From Macrostomum lignano (Eukaryota): a stretch of 64,000 nucleotides of DNA. Of the stretch, positions 14,901-26,900 are shown in pieces (position 1 is the stretch's first letter; each line of letters begins with the position of its first letter). Location: assembly GCA_002269645.1 (NCBI GenBank), contig NIVC01001914.1, positions 124,001 to 188,000 on the forward strand, written 5' to 3'. The notes below the pieces were generated by a model, which searched no databases, was not told the origin of the DNA, and saw nothing but the letters and a program-made list of their open reading frames with translations. The translations under genes were made by a program, and so were the position numbers.

Positions 14901-17900
14901 AGTGAGGAGGGACAAGGAGGAGTGAGGAGGGACAAGGAGGAGTGGGGAGGGACAAGGAGGAGTGAGGAGGGACAAGGAGGAGTGAGGAGGGACAAGGAGG
15001 AGTGAGGAGGGACAAGGAGGAGTGAGGAGGGACAAGGAGGAGTGAGGAGGGACAAGGAGGAGTGAGGAGGGACAAGGAGGAGTGAGGAGGGACAAGGAGG
15101 AGTGAGGAGGGACAAGGAGGAGTGAGGAGGGACAAGGAGGAGTGAGGAGGGACAAGGAGGAGTGAGGAGGGACAAGGAGGAGTGAGGAGGGACAAGGAGG
15201 AGTGAGGAGGGACAAGGAGGAGTGAGGAGTGACAAAGAGGAGTGAGGAGTGACAAGGAGGAGTGAAGAGGGACAAGGAGGCTAGAGGAGTAACAAGGAGG
15301 AGTGAGGAGTGACAAGGAGGAGGGAAGAGGGACAAGGAGGCTAGAGGAGTGACAAGGAGGAGTGAGGAGTGACAAGGAGGAGTGAGGAGTGACAAGGAGG
15401 AGTGAGGAGTGACAAGGAGGAGTGAGGAGTGACAAGGAGGAGTGAGGAGTGACAAGGAGGAGTGAAGAGGGACAAGGAGGCTAGAGGAGTAACAAGGAGG
15501 AGTGAGGAGTGACAAGGAGGAGGGAAGAGGGACAAGGAGGCTAGAGGAGTGACAAGGAGGAGTGAGGAGTGACAAGGAGGAGTGAGGAGGAACAAGGAGG
15601 AGTGAGGAGTAACAAGGAGGAGTGAGTAGTGACAAAAGAGGAGTGAGGAGTGACAAGGAGGAGTGAGGAGTAACAAGGAGGAGTGAGGAGTGACAAGGAG
15701 GAGTGAGGAGTGACAAGGAGGAGTGAGGAGTGACAAGGAGGAGTGAAGAGGGACAAGGAGGCTAGAGGGGTGACAAGGAGGGAAAAAGAGTGACTAGTAG
15801 GAGGGAAGAGAATTGACAAGGAGGAGAAAAGATGGGTGACAAGGAGGGAAGAGGAGTGACAAGGGAGGCAAAGGATTGACAATGGATCTCCTCTTTTAAT
15901 GCCTGCTTCTTAGCTAAGAGGCTGTAATGTGTCTCTTGGATGGCATTATTAATTGTGGGTATTTATATCTCCACAAATATGTTTCTCACGCTCCGCACAT
16001 GGTCACAAATATTTTATTATTATTTTTTACACAATTTTTTAGACACACGCAGCATTACAGGCTGCATGGCTCCTTGAGATGGGGCTTAAGCTCTCTCTGT
16101 GCGAGATTGTTAATTGCATTTCAATTCTCACCTGCCCTGGCCTTCCATCTAGTGTGTTTTCTCTCAGGCCTGTTTTACTCATTAATTAATTAGCAAATCT
16201 CAACTGCTGTTTCATGCGATCTTTTAGGGTTGCAGCGGACAAAGCAGCCGGCCTTCAAAAACATTTCAGCTTTATTTAATTGTAACAATTTAGCACCGGG
16301 AAATGTTTGCTCTTGTGAGGTCAAGTAAGGTGACACTGTTGAATAGAAACTGGCGTTAGTTATGCATTTCCGCAACAGAGTTTGTTTAAAAAGCAAATTG
16401 CCTGATTTCTGCATAGGCCTGCGAGGAAATTTTGGAGTATTAATAACTAATTGTTATAGTAACTGATTACACCTGATAATAAATCAATTCAGTGATTATT
16501 AATAATAAGGGGGTGGTTACAGCATCGGACTCACGATTTGAAGGTCCGGGGTTCGTTTCTCGATCCCACTGAATCATCTCATCCAGCTATAAAATTGGTG
16601 CCAGCATTAGCTGGGGGTAATTGAGGCTGTGTGTGGCGACCCCCCAGTCCTTGGACTGAACAGCCGTACGCAGCCTTCAGATGCGCCGCGCAATAGAAAG
16701 CTGCGGCTGAGCTGTCGGTTGCACATCTGGCCCAATTCGGGCAGGTGTTATCAATGGTGAGCCCATCGCTTTTAAAAGTGTTATGCAAGCAGTCTCTCCC
16801 GTTTCGCTGAACCGCACGCAAAAGGCACAGTGAGTGTACTCAGTGCTGACTGTGGGACCATGCCGCCGAAGGCGTTGCGCTAGGGTGCCCTCCTAAAATT
16901 ATTATTTATTCCTAATATACTTTGAAGCTCGGAGGCACGAGAAGAATTTGAATATCTGAAAAAATATACGGTTTAGACTGAGGCAGTTGAAGAAATCCTT
17001 GACTAATTTAAGTGCTTTTTGTGTAATTGAGAAATTCTGAATGACAGGCTAAAGAGAGCAGAGAGTAGCAAAGCGTCAGTTGTTGCTCGGGAAGATTTTG
17101 TGGCTGCTCAGGTTAACTGGGCTCATTCACGTAAATTTTTGTTCAATTTTCTTAACCTTTTGTGGGAGACAAGTAGAGATAATGCTTTGCATTTTTAAGA
17201 GAGAGGACAGACAATAGATGAGAGGAGAGAGGAGAGAGGAGAGTGGAGATGAAGTGTGGAGAGTGGAGAGAGGAGAGAGGAGAGGGGAGAGAGGAGAGAG
17301 GAGAGGAGAGAGGAGAGAGGAGAGTGGAGATGAAGTGTGGAGAGTGGAGAGAGGAGGGAGGAGAGAAGAGAGGAGAGGAGAGGGGAGAGGGGAGGAGGGA
17401 GGAGAGAGGAGAGAGGAGAGGAGAGGAGAGGAGAGGGAGAGGGGAGGAGGGAGGAGAGAGGAGAGGGGAGAGGAGAGAGAGGAGAGAGGAGAGAGGAAAG
17501 AGGAGGGAGGAGAGAAGAGAGGAGAGGAGAGGGGAGAGGAGAGAGGAGAGAGGAAAGAGGAGGGAGGAGAGAGGAGAGGGGAGAGGGGAGGAGGGAGGAG
17601 AGAGGAGAGGAGAGAGGAGAGAGGAAAGAGGAGGGAGGAGAGAGGAGAGGGGAGAGGAGAGGAGAGACGAGAGAGGAGAGGGGAGAGAGTAGACAAAGAT
17701 TTCGGGCCTTGCAAGATCGCAAAGCGGCAGCTTCACCGCAAGCCAGCAGCCTCGGTCCGGCAGCAATAGCTCAATACCGATTGTCCAAAAGCCTATTAAC
17801 AGACAGTTGAATTTTTTGCGAGAAGAAATTTAATCAGGCAGAACACAAATTGCAGGCACAAAATTGATGTAATTCAGTAATTGAAGAACCTCAGTGCCTC

Positions 17901-20900
17901 ACACTCTCTTGCCCTCTGCAGCTCCGCTCCTGCCTCGCCAGACACACGATGTATTTACACTTGATTTGAATGAACTTTTTTTTAACTTTCTCTCTCAGAC
18001 AATTCAGTCGAGTGAGCTTGGATTGACTGTCAATTACCTGGGAACAGAAGGGCTTGAGAGGGTATTTGCGGCGCTGAGTGACAACACACGCTGCATTGGC
18101 TGCTCACCTCTCAGCACTGAGCTAATATATAAGAAAAAGCCAATTCAAATTGTGAGCACAAAAATGAGCAAAGGGCTTTTAATTCAATTGAATGGGCTTG
18201 TTGGCGAGTAGACTTAAAGAGGCTGCTAGAGGCTAGCTGGGATTAAGGTCTGATAAAATAGAGAAAAGAGGATTAAGGATTATCCCTAAGCAGGAAGTGG
18301 ACATGCAGTTGTCACGAGATGCGCCGTGAGTCAGCCGGTCTCATATTTTCTGCGCTTATTCCGCCTTCTTGTCGCGTGTCAAGAAGCTTTTAATCCCATT
18401 GGAAAATTCCTTTCTTTACGTCTCTAAACACTAGAAATTCCTGAGCACTCGTGTCCGCTCAATAGCGGACGGGAGGATGGGACTCGAGGTGCTGAAGTCT
18501 CCGCCGATCGAGCGTCTGGGATGAGTCAGGACCAACCCCGCACAGCCCCGGCTAACAAGCTGGTGGTTGCGCCATCATCACATGAACTGCCTGCCTCTCT
18601 CGGCGGGATTAAATTGAGTGGAATAAAATTCCTAATTAGTCTCAGGTTGAACTCCTTCACACTGCTGCCAATTGTCAGTGCTTCTAACAACGGATTCTAT
18701 AAGCACACATTTTCTTGTTTCTCTCTTCCTTTTTTTAGGGAAGCCGAACTTTATATCAAAATTTCAAAATTTCCCCAAACCTTCACCGTAAACCTCGCTA
18801 AACCAGCTTCATCAACCCCGATAACTTTCCCCATCGCAGCACCACCGGCTCAACCGACTGTGACCGCCGCAGACTCCGACACCGCCACCGAAGGCAGCCG
18901 ACTTAATCTTACCTGTCAATCAGTGGGCGGAAATCCGCCACCCCAGATTAGCTGGTCTGTTCGGCAGCGGTCTCAGACTGAGTACTCGGCACTGGACTCA
19001 ATGTCTCCAGTCTTCAGCTGGCAACCGCCAGCACAGAAATTCGGGAGCACTGTCGCTTCGGTGTCTGTGCTGACAGCATCTTCGGCTAATTTGGCAGGAA
19101 TTGTGTGTCACACTGCACACCCACTGGCTAATGCTACTAGCAATGAGCTGCTGATTAAAGTGCTCTGTGAGTGTCTCCTTGCTCTTGTATATTGGGTCAG
19201 CCTAGAGTGAGCTTTTAGTAGGCTAAGTACAGTTTGAGGTAGCCTTAGTTCTCTTGAGAAGGTTTGTGGCAGACTTGAGTAGGTTTGTGGCAGACTTGAG
19301 TAGGCTTGTGGTAGACTTGAGTAGGCTTGTGGTAGACTTGAGTAGGTTTGCGGTAGACTTGAGTAGGTTTGTAATAGACTTGAGTAGGTTTGCGGTAGAC
19401 TGGAGTATAAGGTTTGTGGTTGACTTGAGTAGGTTTGCGGTAGACTTGAGTAGGTTTGCGGTAGACTTGAGTAGGTTTGTAGTAGACTTGAGTAGGTTTG
19501 CGGTAGGCTTGAGTAGGTTTGCGGTAGACTTGAGTAGGTTTGCGGTAGACTTGAGTAGGTTTGTAGTAGACTTGAGTAGGTTTGCGGTAGACTGGAGTAT
19601 AAGGTTTGTGGTTGACTTGAGTAGGTTTGCGGTAGACTTGAGTAGGTTTGCGGTAGACTTGAGTAGGTTTGTAGTAGACTTGAGTAGGTTTGCGGTAGGC
19701 TTGAGTAGGTTTGTGGTTGACTTGAGCAGGTTTGTGGTTGACTTGAGTAGGTTTGTGGTAGACTTGAGTAGGTTTGCGGTAGACTTGAGTAGGTTTGCGG
19801 TAGACTTGAGTAGGTTTGCGGTAGGCTTGAGTAGGTTTGCGGTAGACTTGAGTAGGTTTGTAATAGACTTGAGTAGATTTGCGGTAGGCTTGAGTAGGTT
19901 TGCGGTAGGCTTGAGTAGGTTTGCGGTAGACTTGAGTAGGTTTGCGGTAGGCTTGAGTAGGTTTGCGGTAGGCTTGAGTAGGTTTGCGGTAGGCTTGAGT
20001 AGGTTTGTAGTAGACTTGAGTAGGTTTGCGGTAGACTTGAGTAGGTTTGTAGTAGACTTGAGTAGGTTTGCGGTAGACTTGAGTATAAGGTTTGTGGTTG
20101 ACTTGAGTAGGTTTGTAGTAGACTTGAGTAGATTTGTAGTAGACTTGAGTAGGTTTGTAGTAGACTTGAGTAGGTTTGCGGTAGACTTGAGTAGGTTTGC
20201 GGTAGACTTGAGTAGGTTTGCGGTAGGCTTGAGTAGGTTTGCGGTAGACTTGAGTAGGTTTGCAGTAGACTTAAGTAGGTTTGCGGTAGACTTGAGTAGG
20301 TTTGTGGTTGACTTGAGTAGGTTTGCGGTACACTGGCTTGAGTATAGAGCGGCCTGAATGTTTCGCTACCTCTACGCCCCCCGTCGCTCTCCACCGCCGC
20401 AGACGCTCCTAAGCTGCCGCGGGTGGCGTCGCAGCGAGCCATCGCAGGCAGCTCCGTCGGCATCAACTGCACCGCCGATGCCAACCCAGTAGCCAAACTA
20501 ACTTTGCTCAAATCCAATTCCACTTTGTCAGGTAAAAAACAAGCAGAATCTATCGCACTGCACTACTCTCACCAGTAGCAAGTAAGAAATTTTATTCAAA
20601 AAACTAAAAAACGAATTGAAATTTCATGGCAGAGGCGTCCCAGCCGACTCTGCTGCACTCTGTGCCTTCGGTAACTCGGAACCTCACCGGAGCTTACAGC
20701 TGCCTGGCCAGCAACTCCATCGGCTCCGCACGTCGAGACTTCAGCCTGACGGTGCTGTACCCGCCGGCTGTCCAGGCGCCCAGCTCCGTGATGGTTCGCG
20801 AAGGCGCCAGCCTGCAGGTCGGCTGCAACGTCGAGGCCGAGCCGCCACCGTTCACCGTCAACTGGCGGCACCCGGGCAGCGGCCGGCTCCTCGGCAACTC

Positions 20901-23900
20901 CAGCCAGCTGCTCATTACTGCGGCCGCGAGAACAGACGCCGGCGAGTGGACCTGCGAGGCACAGAACCTGATGTCACCGAGCGATGGCCGAGAGCCAAGG
21001 AACGGCCGAGGCTCGGCCACCGTCCAGGTGACGGTGCAGTACCCGCCGGGCATGCCGGTGGTGGCGTTCACCGCAGGCACCTCGGTGGTTCAGTCGGGCA
21101 GTCGGGTTGCTCTGGTGTGCAGGCCCAGCCTGCTCAGCCCAGGTGTACCCGAGCCGGGCTTCTCGTGGACTATCAGGACATCCACGTCGACCAGGGTGGC
21201 TACGGGACCGGCTCTGACAATTGAGTCGACGGGTCTGGAGGACAGCGGAGAGTACGCCTGCGTGGCGGAGAACTCCGCAGGCCGAGGTCCCGCTGCCAGC
21301 GTCAGCCTGACGGTGCAGCAGCCGCCGCGGTGGCTAGACGATTCTACAGCGACGACAACGACAACTACGACCAGTGTCGGAGTGGGCAGCTTTGCTTTGG
21401 TTTGCGCGGTGCGCGGTCGGCCAGCCTGCGAAGTTGCGTGGAGTCGAAATGGTCGCGAGCTCGACCCTGGGGCGTATAGTGTCAGCAGAGAGTTCGACCC
21501 TGCGCTGTGAGTTGGGAAGTGCCAATCAGACACCAGATAGGGGGTAGAGAAGTACCACTGGCCAATCAGACACCAAATAGGGGTAGAGAAGTGCCACTGG
21601 CCAATCAGACACCAAATAGGGGGTAGAGAAGTGGCACTGGCCAATCAGACACCAAATAGGGGGTAGAGAAGTTTCACTGGCCAATCAGACACCAAATAGG
21701 GGGTAGAAAAGTGCCACTGGCCAATCAGACACCAAATAGGACTTAGAGAAGCGCCACTGCCAATCAGACACCAAATAGGACTTATAGAAACGCCACTGCC
21801 AATCAGACACCAAAAAGGGGGTAGAGAAGTGCCACTGGCCAATCAGACACCAAATAGGACTTAGAGAAGCGCCACTGCCAATCAGACACCAAATAAGGGA
21901 TAGAGTAGTGCCGCTAGCCAATCAGACACCGGATAGGGGGTAGAGAAGTACCACTGGCCAATCAGACACCAAATAGGGGTAGAGAAGTGCCGCTAGCCAA
22001 TCAGACACCAAATAGGGGATAGAAAAGTGCCACTGGCAAATCAGAGACCAGCGTTCACATTTAAAACGAGTGGGCGAGAGTTAACGAACGCTTTTCTTAT
22101 CAACTATTAAAGTCGCAAATACACAATGCCACTCACCTGACCACACCAATGCACCAGCTTTGTGACGAGAAGCACCCTGCGCTTCGTTGGCCCGAGTCGC
22201 AGCATTCTACAGCCGAAAGACAACGGGGCGTACGGCTGTTCGGCACAGAATTCGCACGGCAAAATAACGCGAACTTTTAATCTAGTTGTCGAGTGTAAGT
22301 AGTGCTGTTGAAAGTATTTATCAACTATAGAACAGCCAAAGGGAGAGGACATAGCATAAACATCTCAGGATCGATTTGAGTAAGCTTTGGGTTTCCATTA
22401 GCCTTAGAGGCTGGGTAGCGGTCGTGCCAACCCCCGAAGCAGAGTGAGGTCAGTCGATTGAGCATAACAACTGCATGCTACTTCAAGTACCAATTACGCC
22501 TCAAAAAACGCTTCAGTTCCGCCGCTGATTCAGACCAGCACCACCAAGCTGGCCTTGGATCCGGCAGCCTCCGAGATCTCGCTGGAGTGCGAAATCCTGG
22601 CTCAGCCAAAGCCAAAAGTGACCTGGGAGGTCGGGTCGAACAGCTACGTGAGCAACGTCAGTCAGGACACGCTGACGCCGTACAAGCACCGAGCAACGCT
22701 GTTCGGCGTTCGCTCGCACGGTCGGTTCACCTGCGTTGCTAGGAACGCCCTGGGCGAGGCCAGACACAGCGTAGACGTGGTCCCTAGAGGACCGCCGGAT
22801 CCGCCAACCAACTTGAGAATGTTGTCGCCTCCGAACTGGGATCGAGTCTCGTTGTCATGGCAACCAGGATTCGACGGAGGCCTACAGGCATCGATGTGGC
22901 TTCGCTGCACTCCGCCGCCTGAGGGTCGATCAGCTGACGAACCAATTCGAATCGAGCACGACTCATCGCTGCGGACGGTGGCAGCCAACCTGACGAATCT
23001 GCTCCCGGCAACCAACTATTCCGTGGTTGTCTTCGCCAGAAACCAGCTCGGTTCCGGTTCGAACTCGGCGGAGTTGCGCTTCACCACGTCGGAACTGGCG
23101 ATGCCCACCGTGACGGGGCTGCGACGAGACGGCAACAGCGCGACAACTCTGCTGCTGGACGCTTGGCCGGCGGGCTACTGCCTTCGGGTGGAAGCTGCCG
23201 CGTCGGTAAAAAAAAGTCAAACGCAGCAGCAGCAACAACAGCAGAAGTTGGACGCCTCCGAGCGACAGTGGCGTCAGGTGAAGCTGCAGCAGTCAGCTTG
23301 CGACGCTCCCAGCGATGGACGCCTAACGGGCTTGGATCTATCCACTCTGACCTATCGACTGTCCCTCTGTCTGGCTGACAGGCTAGCCGTGTGCGGCCCT
23401 GCTGCCACCACTGAGAATAGTGAGTTGATGAATTATAGTGTTTGAGACCTTCGGATAAAGAAATGTTTGTTCGTGTAGATGGTTTTTGGTTGACTGATTA
23501 ACGAACTGCATTTCAGCTACATGCTCTTTTCGCACTCTCCTACTTTCGTTAGTAGTAACAGTACTTCTGTGTTGCTACGTTAAAATCGCGAAAACATTGG
23601 TAGGATTTAGATTTTCTAATATAGCTTTTTGCCGCTCATTTGTGCCTAAGCGCATTGAATTTAATCCAGGATAGGCTTGCCAATGTACCGGAGCTTTTGT
23701 CTATGGTAGCAAGGCTGGCACAGCGGCATTTCATTTGGTCCAACAAGCATCAATTTGGTCCATTGCTTCATCTGCAACTGCTGCGGAGGTGCAACATCAT
23801 ACCCAGAATTGTGGACCATATGCTGGGCTGTCGAACCAAGGCCATTGGCTTGTGATCGAAGCGCTCGACAGAGATGAACACCCAAAGGACATTGCAAGGC

Positions 23901-26900
23901 TGCTGAATGTAAAAGAAAATATGGTTTACAGCATCCATCAGCGCGTTGAAACCACTGGCGGCCTAAATCGCTTGCAAAGGGGTGGCAATCGCCAAGGCAA
24001 GTTGCGAGAGCCTCAGGTCCAACTGCTACTCGATGCAGTTAAGACGAACCCTTTGTTGACGTTGTAGAAGTGCAGAAGAAGTTGAAGGAACAATTTGGAC
24101 TATCAGCAGAGCTCTGGAAAGGCGACTGAAAATTGATGGTAGAGACGCTGATATTCCAGCGGTACTCAACAACCTGCAGACGGTTGCTAGGGGCAAGAAT
24201 TTGCCGAATGGCTCACGATCGTTTGGACCAAATTGATGCTTGTTGGACCAAACTAAATGCTTCTGTGCCAAGCCTTGCTACCATAGACAAAAGCTCCGTT
24301 ACATTGTGTGTACATGCCTGTGTGGTGATGAGAAAGTCAGGGCCGCAAAATGCAAGTATCGAGACTGAGTGCTGACGATAGCCGTTCGGGTCAACTAAGG
24401 GCAGCTGTGTTCAGCTGCGCAGCGACCGCGCTTTGTAGAACACGCAAAACCTGTCAGATGCGCATCGGCTGTTTCTGACAGTCGCAGAGTGCAGCCCATC
24501 AGGAGCTCCCTAATTAACGGGGCCGCATGCTTAGACCAACCACCGCTGCAGGGGCAACTTTTTGACAGATTTTTTCTCCCAGCAAAAACAGCTCCAACCG
24601 TCCCCTGACTGCCTACCTACCTATCTAGCAGTGAGTGGAACAGAATGTAAAAACCGAAAATGTCAATCATTTTGTCTCGGCCACCAGGGGAAGGCAGTGA
24701 GAGCTTCAGGTAACGGTTCTGCAGTTGTCTTTTCCACTCTCTTCTTAACCCTCGTTCAAGGAGGCCAAGAACTAAGAATCTGGAGTGGAAACTCTTCCCA
24801 AAATCCCTCATTCTTGTGTGTGCTCAAGTCAGCGAACTGGGCAGCGGTTGTGGGACCATGTCGCCGAAGGCGTTGCGCCAGGGAAGCTGACAGACCTCCT
24901 GCTGTGCGAAAGAGCTGTCACTCCAAGTTTTGGCCCTGAGTCTCCAGGGCTCCCACAACCCCTCCCGGCAATGGCAAGACAATTAGCCAGAGGCAGGAAA
25001 GCCACTTCCTTTCTACACCTTACCTTCCACAGGTTTGTCAATTTCCCAAGAAGCCTAGACCGCCATGCAGAATCAATAGAAAGTTTCAGGGGGAGCTGCG
25101 GTTTACCTGCTTTGCAACATCTCATCCCCAGTTTCAAGCGCCATTTCTCACCTCTTGTTCTTTATTCTACCAAAAAATATGCTATGGCTGCTTCACGCAC
25201 TGCTGTGTGAAGTTCTCTTGAGACGGGCCTGGGGAGGGTTGGTGGCAAGCCGCTGCTGCAACATGCGATTCTTTTTGCCGCCTCTGCAGTCTGCTGACTT
25301 TCCTGTCTTCTGCCCGACACATCTGACAGAAATCTATTGCCTGTATGTACTCTCACTGCTCTCACTGCTCTCACTGCTCTCACTGCTCTCACTGCTCTCA
25401 CTGCTCTCACTGCTCTCACTGCTCTCACTGCTCTCACTGCTCTCACTGCTCTCACTGCTCTCACTGCTCTCACTGCTCTCACTGCTCTCACTGCTCTCAC
25501 TGCTCTCACTGCTCTCACTGCTCTCACTGCTCTCACTGCTCTCACTGCTCTCACTGCTCTCACTGCCTCCCTGCCTCTGCCTGTTGCCACTCTCGCCTGC
25601 TCAAGCCTATCCTGATATCCCTCTCCTCTCTCCTCTCCCTCTCTCCTCTCTCATCTCTCCTCTCCCTCTCTCCTCTCTTCTCTCTCCTCTCCCTCTCTCC
25701 TCTCTCATCTCTCCTCTCCCTCTCTCCTCTCTTCTCTCTCCTCTCCCTCTTTCCTCTCTCATCTCTCCTCTCCCTCTCTCCTCTCTTCTCTCTCCTCTCT
25801 CATCTCTCCTCTCCCTCTCTCCTCTCTTCTCTCTCCTCTCCCTCTCTCCTCTCTTCTCTCTCCTCTCCCTCTCTCCTCTCTTCTCTCTCCTCTCTCATCT
25901 CTCCTCTCTCATCTCTCATATCTCATCTCTCTTCTCTCCTCTCTCCTCTCTCCACTCTCATCTCTCCTCTCTCCTCTCTCCTCTCTCCCTCTCCTCACTC
26001 GTTTCTCCCCTCTCCTCTCTCCTCTCTCCCTCTCCTCACTCGTTTCTCCCCTCTCCTCTCTCCTCTCTCCCTCTCCTCACTCGTTTCTCCCCTCTCCTCT
26101 CTCCTCTCTCATCTTGTTAAGTTCTTTTTGCTTCTCAGAAAAAAGAGGAAAAAAAGAGAGTTGTCCCAATAATCTTCTCATGCTTTGTAATTACTGTACA
26201 CAGAATATCGCTACGAAAAATTGTCCCGAATCCCGTTCTCACACACCCTGATTACGCAACCCAAACTGCAGTCCTCTATGCCAGAGAGTCACTTTGTTCT
26301 CTTCCACTAATATCGATCAGGAATCAAGGCCTTGCGACTGCTCAGAAAAAAAATCAATCAAAAAGTTGGGATTAGCCAAAGAGAAGAAAGGGGAGAGAAA
26401 ATGATGGGCTTTGTCGTTTGATCCTCGCTCCCCTTCTCCCCTGTAGCTTTGATGCCTCTTGACAGCGTATGGGGCAAAGGAGATCATTCGCGGGGAGAGC
26501 CATCCGTCAATCTTCAGTCATTGTGAGTCATACTAGATGCAGTTTCACATGGCTAAAATACTTACTTCTACTTCGAAGTCAATCGAGGGTTTAGTGTTTA
26601 GGTTCATGCTAGAGGTACTCCGAACTTCAGGGGTTGGTCTATAACCGATATGTGGTTCTCAGAGGTCGAGTCTCTGAGCTTCAGGACTCAGAGCCTAGGC
26701 TTACCAGAGGTCAAGTCCCTAAGTTTCAGGACTCAGAGCCTAGGCTTACCAGAGGTCAAGTCCCTCAGTTTCAGGACTCAGAGCCTAGGCTTACCAGAGG
26801 TCAAGTCCATAAGCTTCAGGGCTCAGAGCCTAGGCTTACCAGAGGTCAAGTCCCTCAGTTTCAGGACTCAGAGCCTAGGCTTACCAGAGGTCAAGTCCCT

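Noticed and set aside
18310-18585. Possible solo LTR starting TGTCACG
   Set aside because: No matching TSD, no convincing CA end or PBS
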